Positions 10,397 to 24,728 are shown, numbered from the whole stretch's first letter. The stretch is 62,344 bases of DNA, filler included, from Choristocarpus tenellus KU-1152 (GCA_964200185.2; 10 parts of 10 records of this genome joined end to end with filler, not necessarily neighbours in it), one strand, 5' to 3'. Translations and numbers: made by a program. Notes: generated by a model not told the origin, from the letters alone.

Positions 10397-10991
10397 TTTG
10401 ATTGTTGTATTGATAGTGGTCAGAAGAGTCGAACGAGAAGTGTTTCTCATGAGAAGACTTGTGAACAGAAGCGAGGGATGCGGTCGCTGTTCCGGGATTT
10501 TTCCAACACAGTGGAAGCGTATTCGTGGAAAGTTCTAGTGAAAGAGTATGTGAAAGAGTTTTTTAGACTGCCTTGATTTTTATTTGCAATCTGGTCCGGT
10601 TAGGAAACAGTGCACTTTGTTTTTATTTGTTTCAGACCATAAACTGTCGCCGTCAAAGGGCTCCTGAAAACTGCGTATTTCTCCTAGAAAAAAACTACTC
10701 TTGATTGTACCTCAAGATACATTGTGCCTGGTGATGGTTTATTGTCTCTGGTACTTTGCAATGGCGAATAAAGAGATGGTCCAAACTTAGGGTTAAGGAG
10801 CAGAAATCCAGAGCAAGTAAACTGAAACTCGCATAGATTGTTGTTGGTGCTGCTGCAGATGTCAAAGCGCATCGCTCGTCATATTTGTTTTTAACTTTGC
10901 ACATAAAACCCACAAGTCGTACATCTAACCCTCTCCCCATCCTACACAAGCCATGTAATAGTCCCAACCTAACTCCAATTCTCAAACTCCT

Positions 10992-11025
<34 letters not shown>

Positions 11026-11510
11026 ACCCTCTGCTATTGAACCTTCAAAATACGACACATTTGACACATTTGTATCGCCCACCTGATGTCTCAGATGTCT
11101 CAGTGGCTGGTGGACATACGTGAGGTTTCCTACAAGGTCGGAGGAGCTGCCACAAGAAGGTACACTGTGATGCAGGGGGCCCTAACAAGCATCGCAAGCG
11201 ACTTTGAGGAAGAGGAAGGGGGAGGGGGAGGGGGAGGAGGGGGCGATGATACCACTGAAGGTGGGGAGCGGGCAGGGAAGGATGAGGGGGAAGGGGATGG
11301 GAATGGAGAGGGTGCTATCCGACGCAGTCAGGCGCTAACCACTCACAGTGTTCGGTTCCTGTTGAGGATGGGGGAGGCGTTGGGTTGTGGTATGAGGTTG
11401 GATGACCGGGAAATAGAGGAGTGTGTGCCCGAATTGCTAAGGGGACGGACTGAGGACAAGAAGGATGAGGTGGGTTTGGAGGGAGCAGGTGGGAGGGGAA
11501 TGAGGGAACG
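9014..11510 (+). CDS. SEC15: Exocyst complex component Sec15/EXOC6 (two internal exons)
   Basis: Exon 9014-9205 (CAG|...|GTGAG) encodes CDGVVNMVMDAFVHIHEERYYSALNTMDEINRRL...MPSLTEMINKATKEE. It is spliced in phase 0 to an exon from 11095, MSQWLVDIREVSYKVGGAA. This resembles the Sec15 N-terminal YY.AL...IP...W L..IR..S..IG..A region. The donor of the second exon is uncertain (11469 or 11510). Confidence 0.75.
10331..10396. repeat. Compound (AC)n(AT)n microsatellite
   Basis: Seen directly. Other simple repeats are (CT)n at ~10996-11024, (GGGTAGT)n at ~11515-11562, (GA)n at ~52150-52180 and (TG)n at ~61967-61987. Confidence 0.97.
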
Positions 11511-12059
11511 GTGATTGGGTGGGTAGTGGGTAGTGGGTGGTGGGTAGTGGGTAGTGGGTAGTGCAGTCGTGATGTTTGCCTCGTTTCCTGTGGTGATTGT
11601 AGTATTTTTGCCCACGCAGGTTGTTTTTTTGTTAGTGTGGGTATCATGTCATTGGGTGGGTTCAGGTCGCCAGGTAAGGGAGGGTTGGTTGTTTTGAGAA
11701 ACAGTAGGGGGGGTTGAATAGGTTTCTTTTGGGGATTTTGGTTTCTTGAATGGTACTACAGTATGTGGTGTGGCAGCTGACTGGAGGTGGTTCTGTCACT
11801 AGAATGTATGCCCAATGTATNNNNNNNNNNNNNNNNNNNNNNNNNNNNNNNNNNNNNNNNNNNNTTAATTAATTAANNNNNNNNNNNNNNNNNNNNNNNN
11901 NNNNNNNNNNNNNNNNNNNNCCGAAATAGCCAGCTGAGTCCCCAAGCACACTACAGTGTCATGCATACCTCCCCCCCCCCTCAACCCCCTTTGAGGTCTC
12001 TCTAAGTGGTACCACCTGTACCCCCCCAATTCTGAACTGTGCATTTATACCTCCTACAT

Positions 12060-12319
12060 GAGTCAAAAATATCTTAGAGGGTGGGGCCGTGTCCGTTTGG
12101 GGGCCAAAATCCAATGTTGGGATTTTGATGTAGTTTTGGTTATCATGTTAGCTAGGAAGTGTCAATATCTTTGTTCCTGACAAACCTATTCATAATGTAT
12201 ACATTTTACCTACTCCAAAACATTTTGGAGTAGGAAAACGTTATAAAAAACCCCGTGGGAAGCCAAGCCCCAAACGGACAAACATGGCAAAATTCGTACC
12301 CTCTAAGATACCCTTACTC
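12060..12319 (+). mobile_element. MITE family A copy
   Basis: Runs GAGTCAAAAATATCTTAGAGGG...CCCTCTAAGATACCCTTACTC, with a 4-bp TSD ACAT. Confidence 0.92.
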
Positions 12320-14478
12320 ACATATTTTCTCATACATCATTTGCTGAGACCAGAATGATCTGTGTTAGTACCTTGTCGTATCAACCTTGGCAATGTCTTT
12401 AAGTGGAAGCACTTTACGGGGTGATCTGACAGGTTATATCTCCTGGACGGGGTCAGTTAGATAAGATACTTGGCATACCTGTCCCCTAAGCTTGACAGTC
12501 CCACCACAACTAGTCAAGTAGCACTCAGTACTTTACATATGGCATACATGTACTCTTAATAATAGTCTCAAGGCAACAGCGACCAGTGAGTTACCTGGGA
12601 AGTGAAAAAAATCATGATGTAATTTATCTGGGTGGAATCAGTGAGATACACGATGCACTTGACAACTGTGAGACCAACTTAAACATAAACATTCTAACCT
12701 CAACTGGTCGGTTGTCACCTCATGCTTCAAGTTTCCATACACCCTTTACACCAGCACTGCCATTAGTCTTTGTTGGGGGGGGTGACTTGAACATAAATGC
12801 TGTGGCATACTGCCTCTGTGCACTCTTCTTCCCATTCTACACATGGCCATGGCAGCCCCTGATTCATTGAAAAAGAATGGAGAACTTCGTGGCATCAAAT
12901 TGGTACAATGTTAACATTTACAATAGTTGGGTATGGGACAGCATTCCCTCTCTCCCATTTAAAAAAAAAGAGATCAATGGTTGTGATGAGAGTGGCACAA
13001 ATTACTACAGCTCACTTAGCACGACAATGAGCATGCGTATATATATATCCCAATGTACCCACCCTATTATCGCACCGAGTCCCCCCTAATGATGGCTCAT
13101 AAGGATTATCCAACTTGTTAACCATCCTACAATGTGCCACACTCTAGTCAATTCCACCACTGTTGCCATCACCAGTCATGCTTGTGGCAAGAGCAACAAA
13201 ATCTAAACTTGATTCCGTCTACGTCAGGTCTCCACTTACGACTTTCCCAGTTTTCAACCAGATACCACCTTGCAATGTTTCCTGGTGTGACCCAATACAT
13301 TAGTTTCATCACAGATGCCAAGGAATATCCCACTTTGCAACCGATGTGGCATAAGAACTTCGACTGATCGTTTAGGTAGGACGCTAAACAGAAAAACAAG
13401 TGTATCTACGCCTGATACCCATCCTACTATTACTCTAGGTCCCCCAGTCATGACTCTTTCACGAAGTACCATCCTAAGTATAAACCTACAAGGCCCTCAC
13501 CTTACAGTTTCATCACGAATACCTTGGCAATAACAATGTTGGCGTCAGGGACGGCACACACAAGTGTATCTATCTCTAGTTATCACTTTATTATCACTCT
13601 AGTTACTCCAGTTATGATTTCACCACAGAGTATTAGGCTAAGTACCACCCTACGTTGAACTGTAACATATGTTTTCAGCACGTATGCCAAGGAACAACTA
13701 CGTTGGTCAAGGGAATGGTACATTCTACTGGTCACACAGATCCGATACACCCCCCCGAGTATGACTTTCGTGGGTTATTCAATCGTTACCACCCTACTGT
13801 GTGCACTAAACTATCAGTTCTATTGTGGATGTCCAGCAATATCAGCACTGGCGACAAGAAGTCACGAGTTACGACTGTTGGATTAGGTCCGAGTACAAAC
13901 TGATGTACCTATCCCTTTGTACCAACCATAGCACCACACTCGGTCCTCAACGATCGCTTTCACTGCGAATCATACCAGATACCACCCTACGATATGTCCG
14001 ACTCTGTCAATTTCATCACCCATGCCCACATATCACCCTAAACTATTTTGGCGGACAATGAGTTAATTTCCCCATCAATACCTAGGTACCTTGCCTATAA
14101 CATTTCGTCTCCCCAGTATGCATCTCCACTTCTACCTTTGCTGCCTAACACTCCCTCGCTCCTCTGTGGGAGAGGTTGCTCAGAGGTTGCCTTGAGTCTG
14201 CTCCCCTAATCCTTCCTCTAAAAGTTTGACTTCGCCCTTTTTCTTCTACCCTTCCTTAATCTCTGACCACCCAAAGTCACTCATTTCTGTTAGCTTCCGG
14301 GGTACCAACTCTGTAATCAAGCCATCCACTCTTTAACCTTTTGTCCTTCCTTACCTTCTTTTGCTTTGAAAGTCAATTGTTTATCATCACAAATTCTCGC
14401 ACTCAACAAACCTACAATACTATAAATTGGACGATTTTATGATACGATCATTATTGTAGGTGGAACTTACCTCAAGTC

Positions 14479-16167
14479 ATGGCGAGCAGCAATAGCAATT
14501 TCACCCTGTACGAAAGTCTGTCAGGGCATCACGGTGAAGTCCTCTGCGTTGCTGCTTCTCGCCAAGAGGTAATGAGTGGGAGCCCTGCTCTTTCACCACA
14601 GCTATTTTATGTTTATCTATCCTTCGTCTTGGGATGGAAACGGAGTACTAGACTATTTGGTTGTTGGCGTGTTTCATCCACATACTTCTGAACTTCCTCC
14701 TCACAGTCTCCTGTGCCCGCAGACAGGGCGAGGATTAGTGGCCTCAGGTGCGGATGACAGCACGGTTAAGTTATGGGATCTCCGTTCCCCTGACTCTGCT
14801 CGGACAGTGCTATGCATCTGCAAGTGCTTCGACAACCAGCCGGTTACTAGTGTGGCATTCAGCCCTGTAGATGGCGAGCATCTCTTTTGTACGGCTGGCG
14901 GAAAGGTGACAGACGTTGGATGTGTTGAAATGTTTTGTTGTCTTGAGTGTTGTCTCATATTCCCGATGTTGAACCATGGCTCAATGAGTCAATCATCGCC
15001 CTCTACTCGACCTTTCTCCCCAACTCATCTCTGAGGTACGGTAATGTAGGTCGCTGACTCATCCCATCTATTTGAAGCAAATACTTTGCCGTTTTTTTGT
15101 TGTGTTGGCACCAAACATGTTCCAGGTCATGGACTTCGACCTCCGAACTGTTGGTGATAGGCTCTTGGTAACTGAGCCAGTGGGCATCTTCAGCAGTGGA
15201 ATGGCGACGGACAAAGAAGGGGTGAGGACACGACTTGCGATGTCATTCTAAGGTCCATATGTGAGTGGATAACATGGTCCTGTCACCCAACTTCTGATGC
15301 TCATGTCATCACGATATAACATGAAGTGTTCTTCATTCGTGTATTATAGTGTTGGACTGTTATAACCTACTTGACTTAAAGAGATGTCAGCCTTGACACC
15401 GACAAATATCTCTCAAATGAAGGTCATAATAGACTAGAGGTGATTCCTATTCTTTTCTTATATGCGAAGTGGATTATTCAATGCCCACATTTCCACTACC
15501 CTCTGCTGACCCTCATTGCGGCAGGAGGAGGAAGAGGTCAACCAGTTAGCTGTGCATCCCAATTCAGGAGATTACTTGGCGGCCGCAGATGACTCTGGCA
15601 ATATCAAAGTGTACAACACACGCTCCCGGCGATTGTATAAAAGTCTGCGTAATGCGCACGGGGTAAGCAGTACGCGTTGCATTTGTTTGTTTTATTCCTT
15701 CCCTACGTCAGGATATTGCATGCACGTATTGATTCCTTTGAAAAGAGTTGACAAAGATGTGAACAATTACTATGAAGAGGAGGACTTAGGATAACCGACA
15801 TGGGGTTCTTTATTCATCAGAAAACGGAATTGTGTAAATACGGAATGAACCTGCTAATTGGTTATTGAAGTGTCCAACAGGCTTTGCAGGGTTTGTACTA
15901 GTAGACAACAAGCAGTTTGTGTCCCCTTTAACATGCCATCTGTTCTGCCACCAACTTTTCTGGACTTCAACTTCGGAGAGTGCATTAGATGGAGTACATT
16001 GCTGACCAAAATTATTTTCTTACACACAATCGCCCACTCCCTCGCCCTCTCTGCATGCTTGTTTCTTTTTTCCCAAAAATATAGAACATTTGCAACACGG
16101 TTCAGTTCCGACCATCAGCTAGCTGGGATCTAGCATCAGGAGCCCTCGATAGCACGCTCGTCTTCTG
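14479..16167 (+). CDS. WDR53: WD40-repeat protein, WDR53-like (first five exons)
   Basis: Exons 14479-14568, 14723-14905, 15126-15221, 15525-15662 and 16085-16167 are all GT-AG and in frame: MASSNS...GHHGEVLCVA|...VASGADDSTVKLWDLR...|VMDFDLR...|EEEEVNQLAVHPNSGDYLAAADDSGNIKVY...LRNAHG|NICNTVQFRPSASWDLASGALDSTLVFW. The EVN...LAAADDSG...H.NIC..V.FRP...SG.LD pattern is characteristic of WDR53. Confidence 0.85.
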
Positions 16168-17873
16168 GTAAGTGTCATGTTGGAGCTAGTGACTTGCAAA
16201 CAGGTTGATTGTCCTCACCAAGTCCTTAACAAAATCTTCCAGCTTTCGAAATTTGCTAGCTCCTCCAAGGCTAGTCTCATCTTCGACCCCAGGAAGGACT
16301 GTTCGAACTCTTAATTAAATATGGACACATGCGTAGTGGCGGGGCGTAACCAACGGTCCAATATATTATTTTGTTCAAGTATCACCTGCCTCGAGGAGTA
16401 GGAGTAGGACAGATGACACTCGAAAGTTAATTGGTGGGGTAAGCAACCATTAGAGACAAAAGGCGGTGCATGTCAACACCTTGTCACATAAGAAATATTT
16501 TACATTGGTCCTGCCCCATCTTGGAACAGTTCTGGCTTCATTGACCAAGAACAGAGATGTTTCTCCCATACCGTTGGAAGAGTCTCTACGAACATGTACT
16601 TGCTCTGTGATGGACCCCCAACCACTTGGCGTACAATAACGCTGCTCTACCCACACATAAATCACCCAGAGCGACAAATTAACTTCAGTTGTATTGAGTA
16701 ACAGTTCCATACCATATCACGCTCAGAATATATCGTAATACTTGCTGTAGAAAAGTGATGGTAATAGAGATGGGTTGATAGATTAGTATGCGATACAATG
16801 TGGTCAAGATGTCTCATTAAATATGCTTTGCCTATTTTCCAGTGCAAGCGCTATTTGCTCAATATATGTCATTGTTTGGAGTGGCAAAGATCAACACGAA
16901 GGAGCACAGTGCATGTTACTCCTTGTAGGTAGTGATACCATGCCCAGAACCAACATGTAGTGCACATGAATACATCTTTAGTCATGGTGCAAAGTGGAGG
17001 TATTGAGGAGTCTATATAAAGCATAATGGCACACTTTGAAGGCAAAGTGTGGTCCACACCACACTGTATATGGTATTCAGGACTACAGACTTTTGAGGTG
17101 ACATGCCGTCCATGTCACATCTAGGAAGAATTGAATGAATTTCTGTGTGAATATGATGTATATATACTCATGCATTGACTTGCGAAGAATATTGGCAGAA
17201 CGCCATTTTTCAAAGGTGTGTTACACCCACCCTTTCATGTGATGAAGACATGCACTGCCAAGGAGCATCTAAGCTACCAAACCATTAGCACTAATGATTG
17301 TTACATACACAGACCTCCAGAATGGCATCCACTTGTGTCGACATTCCCTTGTTGCCTTGATGATATGCTAACAGGGACTTCAGCTCAGGTCGAATACGAA
17401 ACAGTGTGGATTTCTCCATTTTAGATACACCAAAGCAGGAGACAGCTTCTACAAACACCCCCTCGCAGGTGCCCAAGTTTTAGCTTTATCTCACTACTCC
17501 ATGGTCATTCTTGAAAGCATGGTCTACTGTAAATGCAATCAGTCGCCTAGTTCTTGTTATCACATCCTCCCTAGCTGTCCCTCAAGCTGTTGGTCGAAGT
17601 GTGCAATGGCAAGGTGGATTGTGGTGTTCTATGTGTCCAACAACAGGGTGGCGTATCGTGTAGAGGCGGTGAGGAACCTTAGCAATGGGATCATCTGCCT
17701 ATTATTTGGTGTGGTTTGAAGAATGTATACCCTGCAATGCCTGCAGGTACTTACAGTCTCTACAAACTATATGGCGCTGTGTCAGCAGTCAGAAAGTATC
17801 GAAGAAATTTGCGAGATAACAGTGGTATCTGTAATGCTTGCCATCACGCCATGTCTCCCTGCCCTTCCCCTCC

Positions 17874-17942
<69 letters not shown>

Positions 17943-20900
17943 NNNNNNNNNNNNNNNNNNNNNNNNNNNNNNNNNNNNNNNNNNNNTTAATTAATTAANN
18001 NNNNNNNNNNNNNNNNNNNNNNNNNNNNNNNNNNNNNNNNNNAGTAGGAGGTGTCCATTATCGCTGGTTGATGTGCGTTTTAGGAACAGGGGGGGAGGGG
18101 GGGGGGTTGGAGCAGGGGAGTTGTACAGACCGTACGTAGTACACGGCCCATGTTTTCCAGAGTGGGTATTAGGGAGCACAAGACAAAATAGATGAAAAGG
18201 AGAGATTGCTAGAGCTTGGGGAGAGTAGTGACTGTAGTGCTGGTGAAGAGCAGAAGGTAGAATTGACCCAGATGCGTCATTTTGGAGTTTGAACTGGTTG
18301 GGGTGCCCTCTTGCCAGAGGTTTCATTTTGTTGGATTATTTATGGGAGTTGCAGGGATGGGTAGACCAAGTTGATCGGCCTCAAATATCTCTGAGCCAGT
18401 AAGATTTAAGGACTACTTTTTGTTTTTTACTTGTTGAACTGTGATTTGTTGCACTCTTTGTACAATTTGTCTTCACCCCTGTTGTACCAATCGGCCAGGC
18501 ATCACTCAAGGTGCTTGTGTGTTGTTGAGTATCATGTGGGAGAGTATTGTTGTTTGCTGTGGTGTCCACCAGTGATTGGCTAGTATGTCTTGTTTGTGTG
18601 TGCTTTTGTCTCTGTGGCGTTTTCGTTGTGGTGTGCGATTTGTATCTTTCAATCTATCGCACCTGTGAGTGAGTGAGTGAGTGTTGTTGAACCTTGACAG
18701 ACTTGGCTAATTTCACTTGCTTTTTTCCTTCATGTTGTACGCTTGTAAGTCGCTAGAATAGTTTTGATCTATTGTTCCATGTGTACGCTAATCGGACAGG
18801 GTGACTTTTCCCCCCAATGTGTACACTTTTTTGTATCTTGATTGTGAAACGTTTTTGCTTATTTTTGTCGTAGAACTTTTTGAATCTGTCATTCTTTGCT
18901 GAATTCTGTCCTGTAAAGATACTAATCGTCAAGATTACTTTTGGATTAGGTTAGGCGGCTATACAGCAATAGCCGCAGCCTGCCAAGAGTCATTCACGCA
19001 CGTTTTTTCATACTCTTGTTGTGGCACTCACTGTGTTTTTCTATGCTTAGTTGTAGAGGTGTTTTGGTTGTCGACTCAATAGGTACCTAGGTATGTGGTT
19101 ACCACATACACGATTTATCCTTTCCCAATGGTCCTCCTGTGGATTGGTGTCTGTAGTGCTCTGTGCTTGTTGACTTCAGAATATTGTACTTCGCTTTTCT
19201 AAGCATGTGTAACCCTAAACCTGGTACGAAATGTGTATCCAAAATGGTGGGTTACCGCACACCACACTCCAAAAGTTGTGGTTGGATTTTCCTTTATTGT
19301 TATTTTCTTATTGCAGAATCTGAATAGTTAGTAGGACTTTTGAAGAGAACCGAAATAGTGGTCACTTTTCACCATGCCACAGCCAGTCCCCTGTCCTCTG
19401 AGCGTGAAATAATCCATAAATGGATGAGTCCATGTCTCATCGTTGGTCGGAAATATTTCATTTGGGTCGCTCGATTTTACACCCTCATCCCACATTGAAA
19501 ATGCTCAGGTGACATCATTAGTAGATGTTCTCGTTGTAGTACTATTTCAATACCAAGTAAATGCGGTCAATGTGTCTGGAGGGAGAATCAGGTTCTATCT
19601 TCGTTGGGGGTCATTAGAAGCGACCAAACGATGCATTATTGATGAAAATAGGAAGATACTCCCCCAATAATGGGTGAGTTGGATGTAGTATACATGGAAT
19701 ACTATTGTTTAAAGAATGAAACCAAGGGGGAGTAGGTAGGGATGATGTTGTGCATCAACTGTTCTGTTTGCAACACAGAAAACTCGAGGCAATATCGTCC
19801 AAAGTACTCCTAAGTATCTGTTCCGAATATACGTCATACTAAAGACAACACACTAGTGTTGACCAGCAATACACCTCAGAGAGTTGAATTGTGGACCCCT
19901 CAGTACCTGATCTTCAGGAAGATATGCTTCACTCCCTCCGTATGTTTTCGGTTACTATGGTATACTCAGTATTTACATATTTGCTTAACGTTACGAACAT
20001 TGACGTGTCATAGTACCACCAGCAATAGTCCTGATTTTCACTTTACAACCAATACGGGATACCATTCAAGAGAGGGGTTTCATAGGGCTTCAAGGGCCCC
20101 TCCAACTCCTTATAGGAAACATGTTTTATGCACTGTCATGGAGATCACTCATCACTCAAAACCAACATTTTATTTTACACCTCAGTATTTTTTGTTCTGC
20201 AGTCACACACCACATGGATAGCTGCTGCAATTTAGGGACTAGAATGGTGCAATTTGCACAAAACCAAAAGATATCACTGTCATAGCCACTGCCGAGTGCG
20301 TAGTGGTAAGTAGTAGAGTTAACAATGCCAGGAATAACTTCCTGAGGATGCAAGTGATGAGGCATACCTCACCACCCTTCCTCCAACCAATCTATCTCCC
20401 CAGGAAATGGAAAATCGCCTGGAGAGAGTCCGGAAATGTGACAAGACCAGTGCCATCCACGTCATGGAAACATACACTTCCTCCAACAGAAACATTCAAT
20501 TCAACATCATGTGCACAATTGAATCATCCCCACTCACCGTGCCTACACTGGAGGTTTTGCTTCCTTGTCCAAATAACAAGGAAAATTTTTGGTCATCTCT
20601 GTTTGATCTGATTAAACACCTTCGGTGCTACACTTGTAGCCTGTAGGGGGTTAAGGTGGTAGGGAGAATGTGCCAAGTCAAAATCTTTCTTCTAGCAACC
20701 AACATAGGGTAAGAAAACTCTACGAAACCCTCCACACTAAGCAACTGCACAAAACTGGATCAAGTCATAAATCTAACAGATTGCTGCCAAAAACTGCACT
20801 TTGAAGCATCCAAATCATCCAAGGGAGCAAAGGGTGAAATATTATCTTGTTCATCACCATTGCTCCATCTTGTACAAACTCAGCAAGACAACACATGTCA

Positions 20901-21184
20901 TAGGTCTGTACCATGCTTCATTTGACTCTTAAATACGTTGCCAAAACTTCTTTCATGACATACAGCCAGAACACAGTACTCCCTGTCACTGGTCTATGAT
21001 CCAACGGGCATACAGACCAATATACAGAAGACCGGATTATGATTAAAGAAACAATGCACACAGATGATAGACACAATAATCTGAACCATCAATGCAAACA
21101 GTACATGTGACATGTACAATAACAAAGGCAAACACACAAACACACACACACACACACACACCAAAAATCACCCTAGCAGGATTA

Positions 21185-24100
21185 TCAGAATGTCTTGAAG
21201 GCATCAGAAACCTCCCTCAGGAAATTCTCCCTGTCTGTTTGTGGGCGGGCCTCTACATTGTACAGACCTTTCCACAGCACAGTACACTCAGGGTGGAATA
21301 GAGGTCGCATCCCTTTAGAAACGATTCTCCTCCCAGGATCACCAACATATCGAACATTCCAGAAACCATTTCCAAAGGTGGTCACTACTCCCACCTTTCA
21401 TTAATACATATATATATATATATATTAGCGAATGGGTCAAACATTTTACAAGTAGATCAAAGTGAGTGCATGGACAAGGCAGAACAACACAAAGCATCCA
21501 CACGTCCAACAAAACATTAAAAACAGTCATTAGTGAGGAGGGCATAGAAAGAGAGGACAAGTCGGGAGAGAACAGAGAAGTGAGGGAGGGGGCACAGCAA
21601 GAAATCGTGGATGCTGTCGTGGAGCTCTGCCAAAGTAACTGCGTGTTTGTAGCTAGCTCTATGTCCGTGAACATTTTATCTGCTTTTGGACTCCTAAGTA
21701 CTTTGAAGTACCTTGTAGTGATTTAGAGGGTCAGCATCAAATACATCTTGTAAGGAACACAACATACACGCTAATGAAACAGCCTGTGGGTGACAAATAA
21801 CTGCCCATTATTAGCATTCATTCCACTCTTCCAACCGCAATGAAAAAGTGCACAAGAAAGGAAGGCCAAACCATTCTACATTTGCCACCTTTCCCACAGT
21901 CCTGCCCATCACATCAACACTTCCAACTTGAGGTAGTCAGCAAGTGAAGCATTGTAATACACTGAGGTCCCTACTTTCTGCATGTATCCCAAGAAGGAAG
22001 ATACACTGCTCAAAGAGGATTGTAGCCTTACGAGGACGGTCGCCTGTGCCACGAAGCTACAATGCAGTTCTTATTACAGCCCTTTTGATATGTGAAGGAC
22101 ACTGCTGTACATGACTAGCTAGATTCATTCCACTACTATTATACTGTTATCATGGAAGCACTTGGTTGCTGATTGTGGAGCATGCGAAGCCACTTCTGAA
22201 GTATTAGCAAACACGGTACACTGTAGAGATTGGAATAGTCAATACACAAGTGCATGAACCCGTGCAATCTGAACTTTCTACTGTACAACAATGACAACAT
22301 AACTAAAATGAGCTAGTGCTACTCTTACATGGTTAAAGATAAGACAACCAGAGCTTCAAAATGAGCCCTAGACAAGGGTGAGCATCAGATGTACCTCTAT
22401 GGATGGAACCAATCATATTGCAGTATCAACAAGAGGTTAAACTCCACTGGAGTAACACGGAGTCTACAGTACACCTACCCTTGTAACACACTCGATGCAC
22501 TAACCTTGGTGATATTGGTAAGTCGACTAATAAAGCCAGTGTAGAGGTTTGTTCGTTCCTGACCCTTTGCCAGGTCAAAGGCCACCCCGGGCAAGAATGT
22601 CCTATCACACCAGCCCTGTCAGGAGGTGGGTTCAACAAAATGAGAGTGAAGATGTTGGAATGCTTGGCACGAGAGTTGAGTGCATTTGCTTCAATGAGAG
22701 ACCTGCCTGGGCAAAAATAGCACGGTCAGTTTTGTCTGGGTATATTCTTGGCAAGAGAAAATGCTGCAGTAAGGTTTAATACCGTGGAAATGATCACGTG
22801 GGGCATGTATCATATGGTACAATAGTGTGCCCCTCCTTGCTGTACTACATCATTGTTCCTAAACCAAAACAGTCCAGTATTTTTCATGTACCTCATAGTA
22901 TACAAAAAACACAAACATCTAAGAGGAAGTAGGGACATGCGAACCAATTTGCATGCTGCTGTGCATTGGGAGGCGTATTGTCCCCTACGCCTCACACAAG
23001 TGTGACAGACCATTCTTGGGGTCACAAGTCAAGGCACATGAATATTCCCCTTGCATTGAAGACCGTCACAAAAACACCCATATAGACTGTTCTGTCCATA
23101 CTGTCCATACAGAGGGGGTGGGTGGGGACCACAGTGCTTCTTTCCATGGCAGGACCGCACCACAAACTGTAAATTGACCTCTGACAGTACGGCAAACATC
23201 TGCAGTCTGATACCTGTATGCTATTTCTCAACACCTATTGGGTTCACTCGGTAGTCTACCTTGACCTTGCCGACGGCAAAGACAGACGGTGCAATCAACG
23301 GAGATCCTCTGTTGAAAGTTCAAGCAGTTAGTTGAGGTGAGTGCACCAGCAAGAAACAAAAAGTGTCCTAATATGACAACCCACCACCAGATTAGCGTGA
23401 ACTCCATCACCAACATGATCAACCACACCATCCATCCTGACTGCTGACGTTCAGGATTCTACTTTTGTGTCCTAGGTATGGGTGTGCATGAAATATGCGG
23501 AGTTCTTAGGTTTCTCAAGTCAAGAAAAAAAGGTCTCTTCCGCCTCCATACCTCATCTATCCCACATCGTTTATCACAACAGAGCAAATCGCACCACACC
23601 TTCAATATTGCAGGGAAGGAGTACCACCAGGTTGGATAAACGAGAACTAGTCCCGAGCACCACTGCAAGTCTCGGATGTGATCGGCGATGTCCTTCGACA
23701 GTTTGCTTTCCCTGTAGGCGGACAGGTACCTCCGGAACTCGACCTCCTTAATTACCGGATCAAAGCCCTCATCATACAAGTTTCTAACTCGAACTTCATG
23801 CCCTGATGAGAAAGGATTCGAAGGCATACATTGTCGAGGGTATACGAAAGTGTGGCAAAAGAGGCTGAAGTGCGTAAATGTGGACAGGAGATGGGTTGAG
23901 ATAGTGCTTGTTTTGGGTTAACAGCTTGATCACAAGTTGCAAGCACCACTCTGGAATGAATGAACGAACTAATGTTTTCACCTTCAGGAGGTCTTCCTAC
24001 TTCTCAATGGTGTACACGACTACTTCTGTACCTTAGAGTGGATACCATCAGATTGAGCCTTGGTTCTACTGAGATCGACAACGTCTATGTTTACAATGTG

Positions 24101-24728
24101 ATTTTCTCTCAATGATGTACCAACCAAGTCCAAGTGCTTCTTCATCGACAATTCCGTGCCCTCTCAGCGGAAACAGTACTGCAAGATTGACCTGCTACAC
24201 GAAAAACAAGCCTAACAAGGCTGAGTAACCCTACACCACCTGCCACAAGGACAATAAGCTTGGGCGAGGCGCTCCCTTCCCTCTTGTAAGACACAGTGAC
24301 CATTATTATACCCCTTGTATATGCTTTTTGCAACAAAAAATCTTCTTTCGATGACATCTAAAGTCCGTCAAGGTTGGTACAGAGCATTTCGTTCCCTAGT
24401 TGGTACAATACCTATAGGTGCCTCTACACTCTAGGGAATAACACAACAGACCCAGGGAATTGTCCACGATCGATCATCGGGGAACAAACGTTCCACCAGG
24501 ATACATCACCCCGCACCTGTTCTAAGTACACTCACCTGCTGTCTCCAGGGAATCACAAACAGCGCTACCAAGTGCACTGGTGAAGGACGGACCTTTGCCA
24601 TAAGGATGAACCTGGACAACCAGTACCCGGTCAAGGGTGGAGCTGGGTGGTGGAGGAACAAAGCTGGTCACTCGGTTGAGTGACTTGAAGGCCCATGTCA
24701 TGGCAGGATTCCACGGTCGTCTCGACAT
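21185..24728 (-). CDS. NAD(P)H dehydrogenase (quinone), flavodoxin-2 fold; complete 4-exon gene, about 238 aa
   Basis: Exons are 24536-24728 (ATG...RVLVVQVHPYGKGPSFTSAL), 23600-23802 (GHEVRVRNLYDEGFDPV...LVLVYPTWWYSFPAILK), 22505-22615 (GWCDRTFLPGVAF...LTNITK) and 21185-21394 (VGVVTTFG...FLREVSDAFKTF*). All junctions are GT-AG and in frame. HP..SF, P.WW...PA.LKGW.DR and TT.G are Flavodoxin_2 motifs. Confidence 0.93.

Noticed and set aside
12900-14340. Strand-biased degraded coding-like tracts (also 16440-17790, 19400-20700, 28000-29400, 35950-38900, 47600-49100)
   Set aside because: These are probably old retroelement, transposase or viral relics, but I found no diagnostic motif that supports a call.
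17878-17942. Poly-Pro/poly-Gly ORFs (also 49823-49877, 56423-56482)
   Set aside because: They come from C/G homopolymers near contig ends, whose length is unreliable and may be a sequencing artefact.
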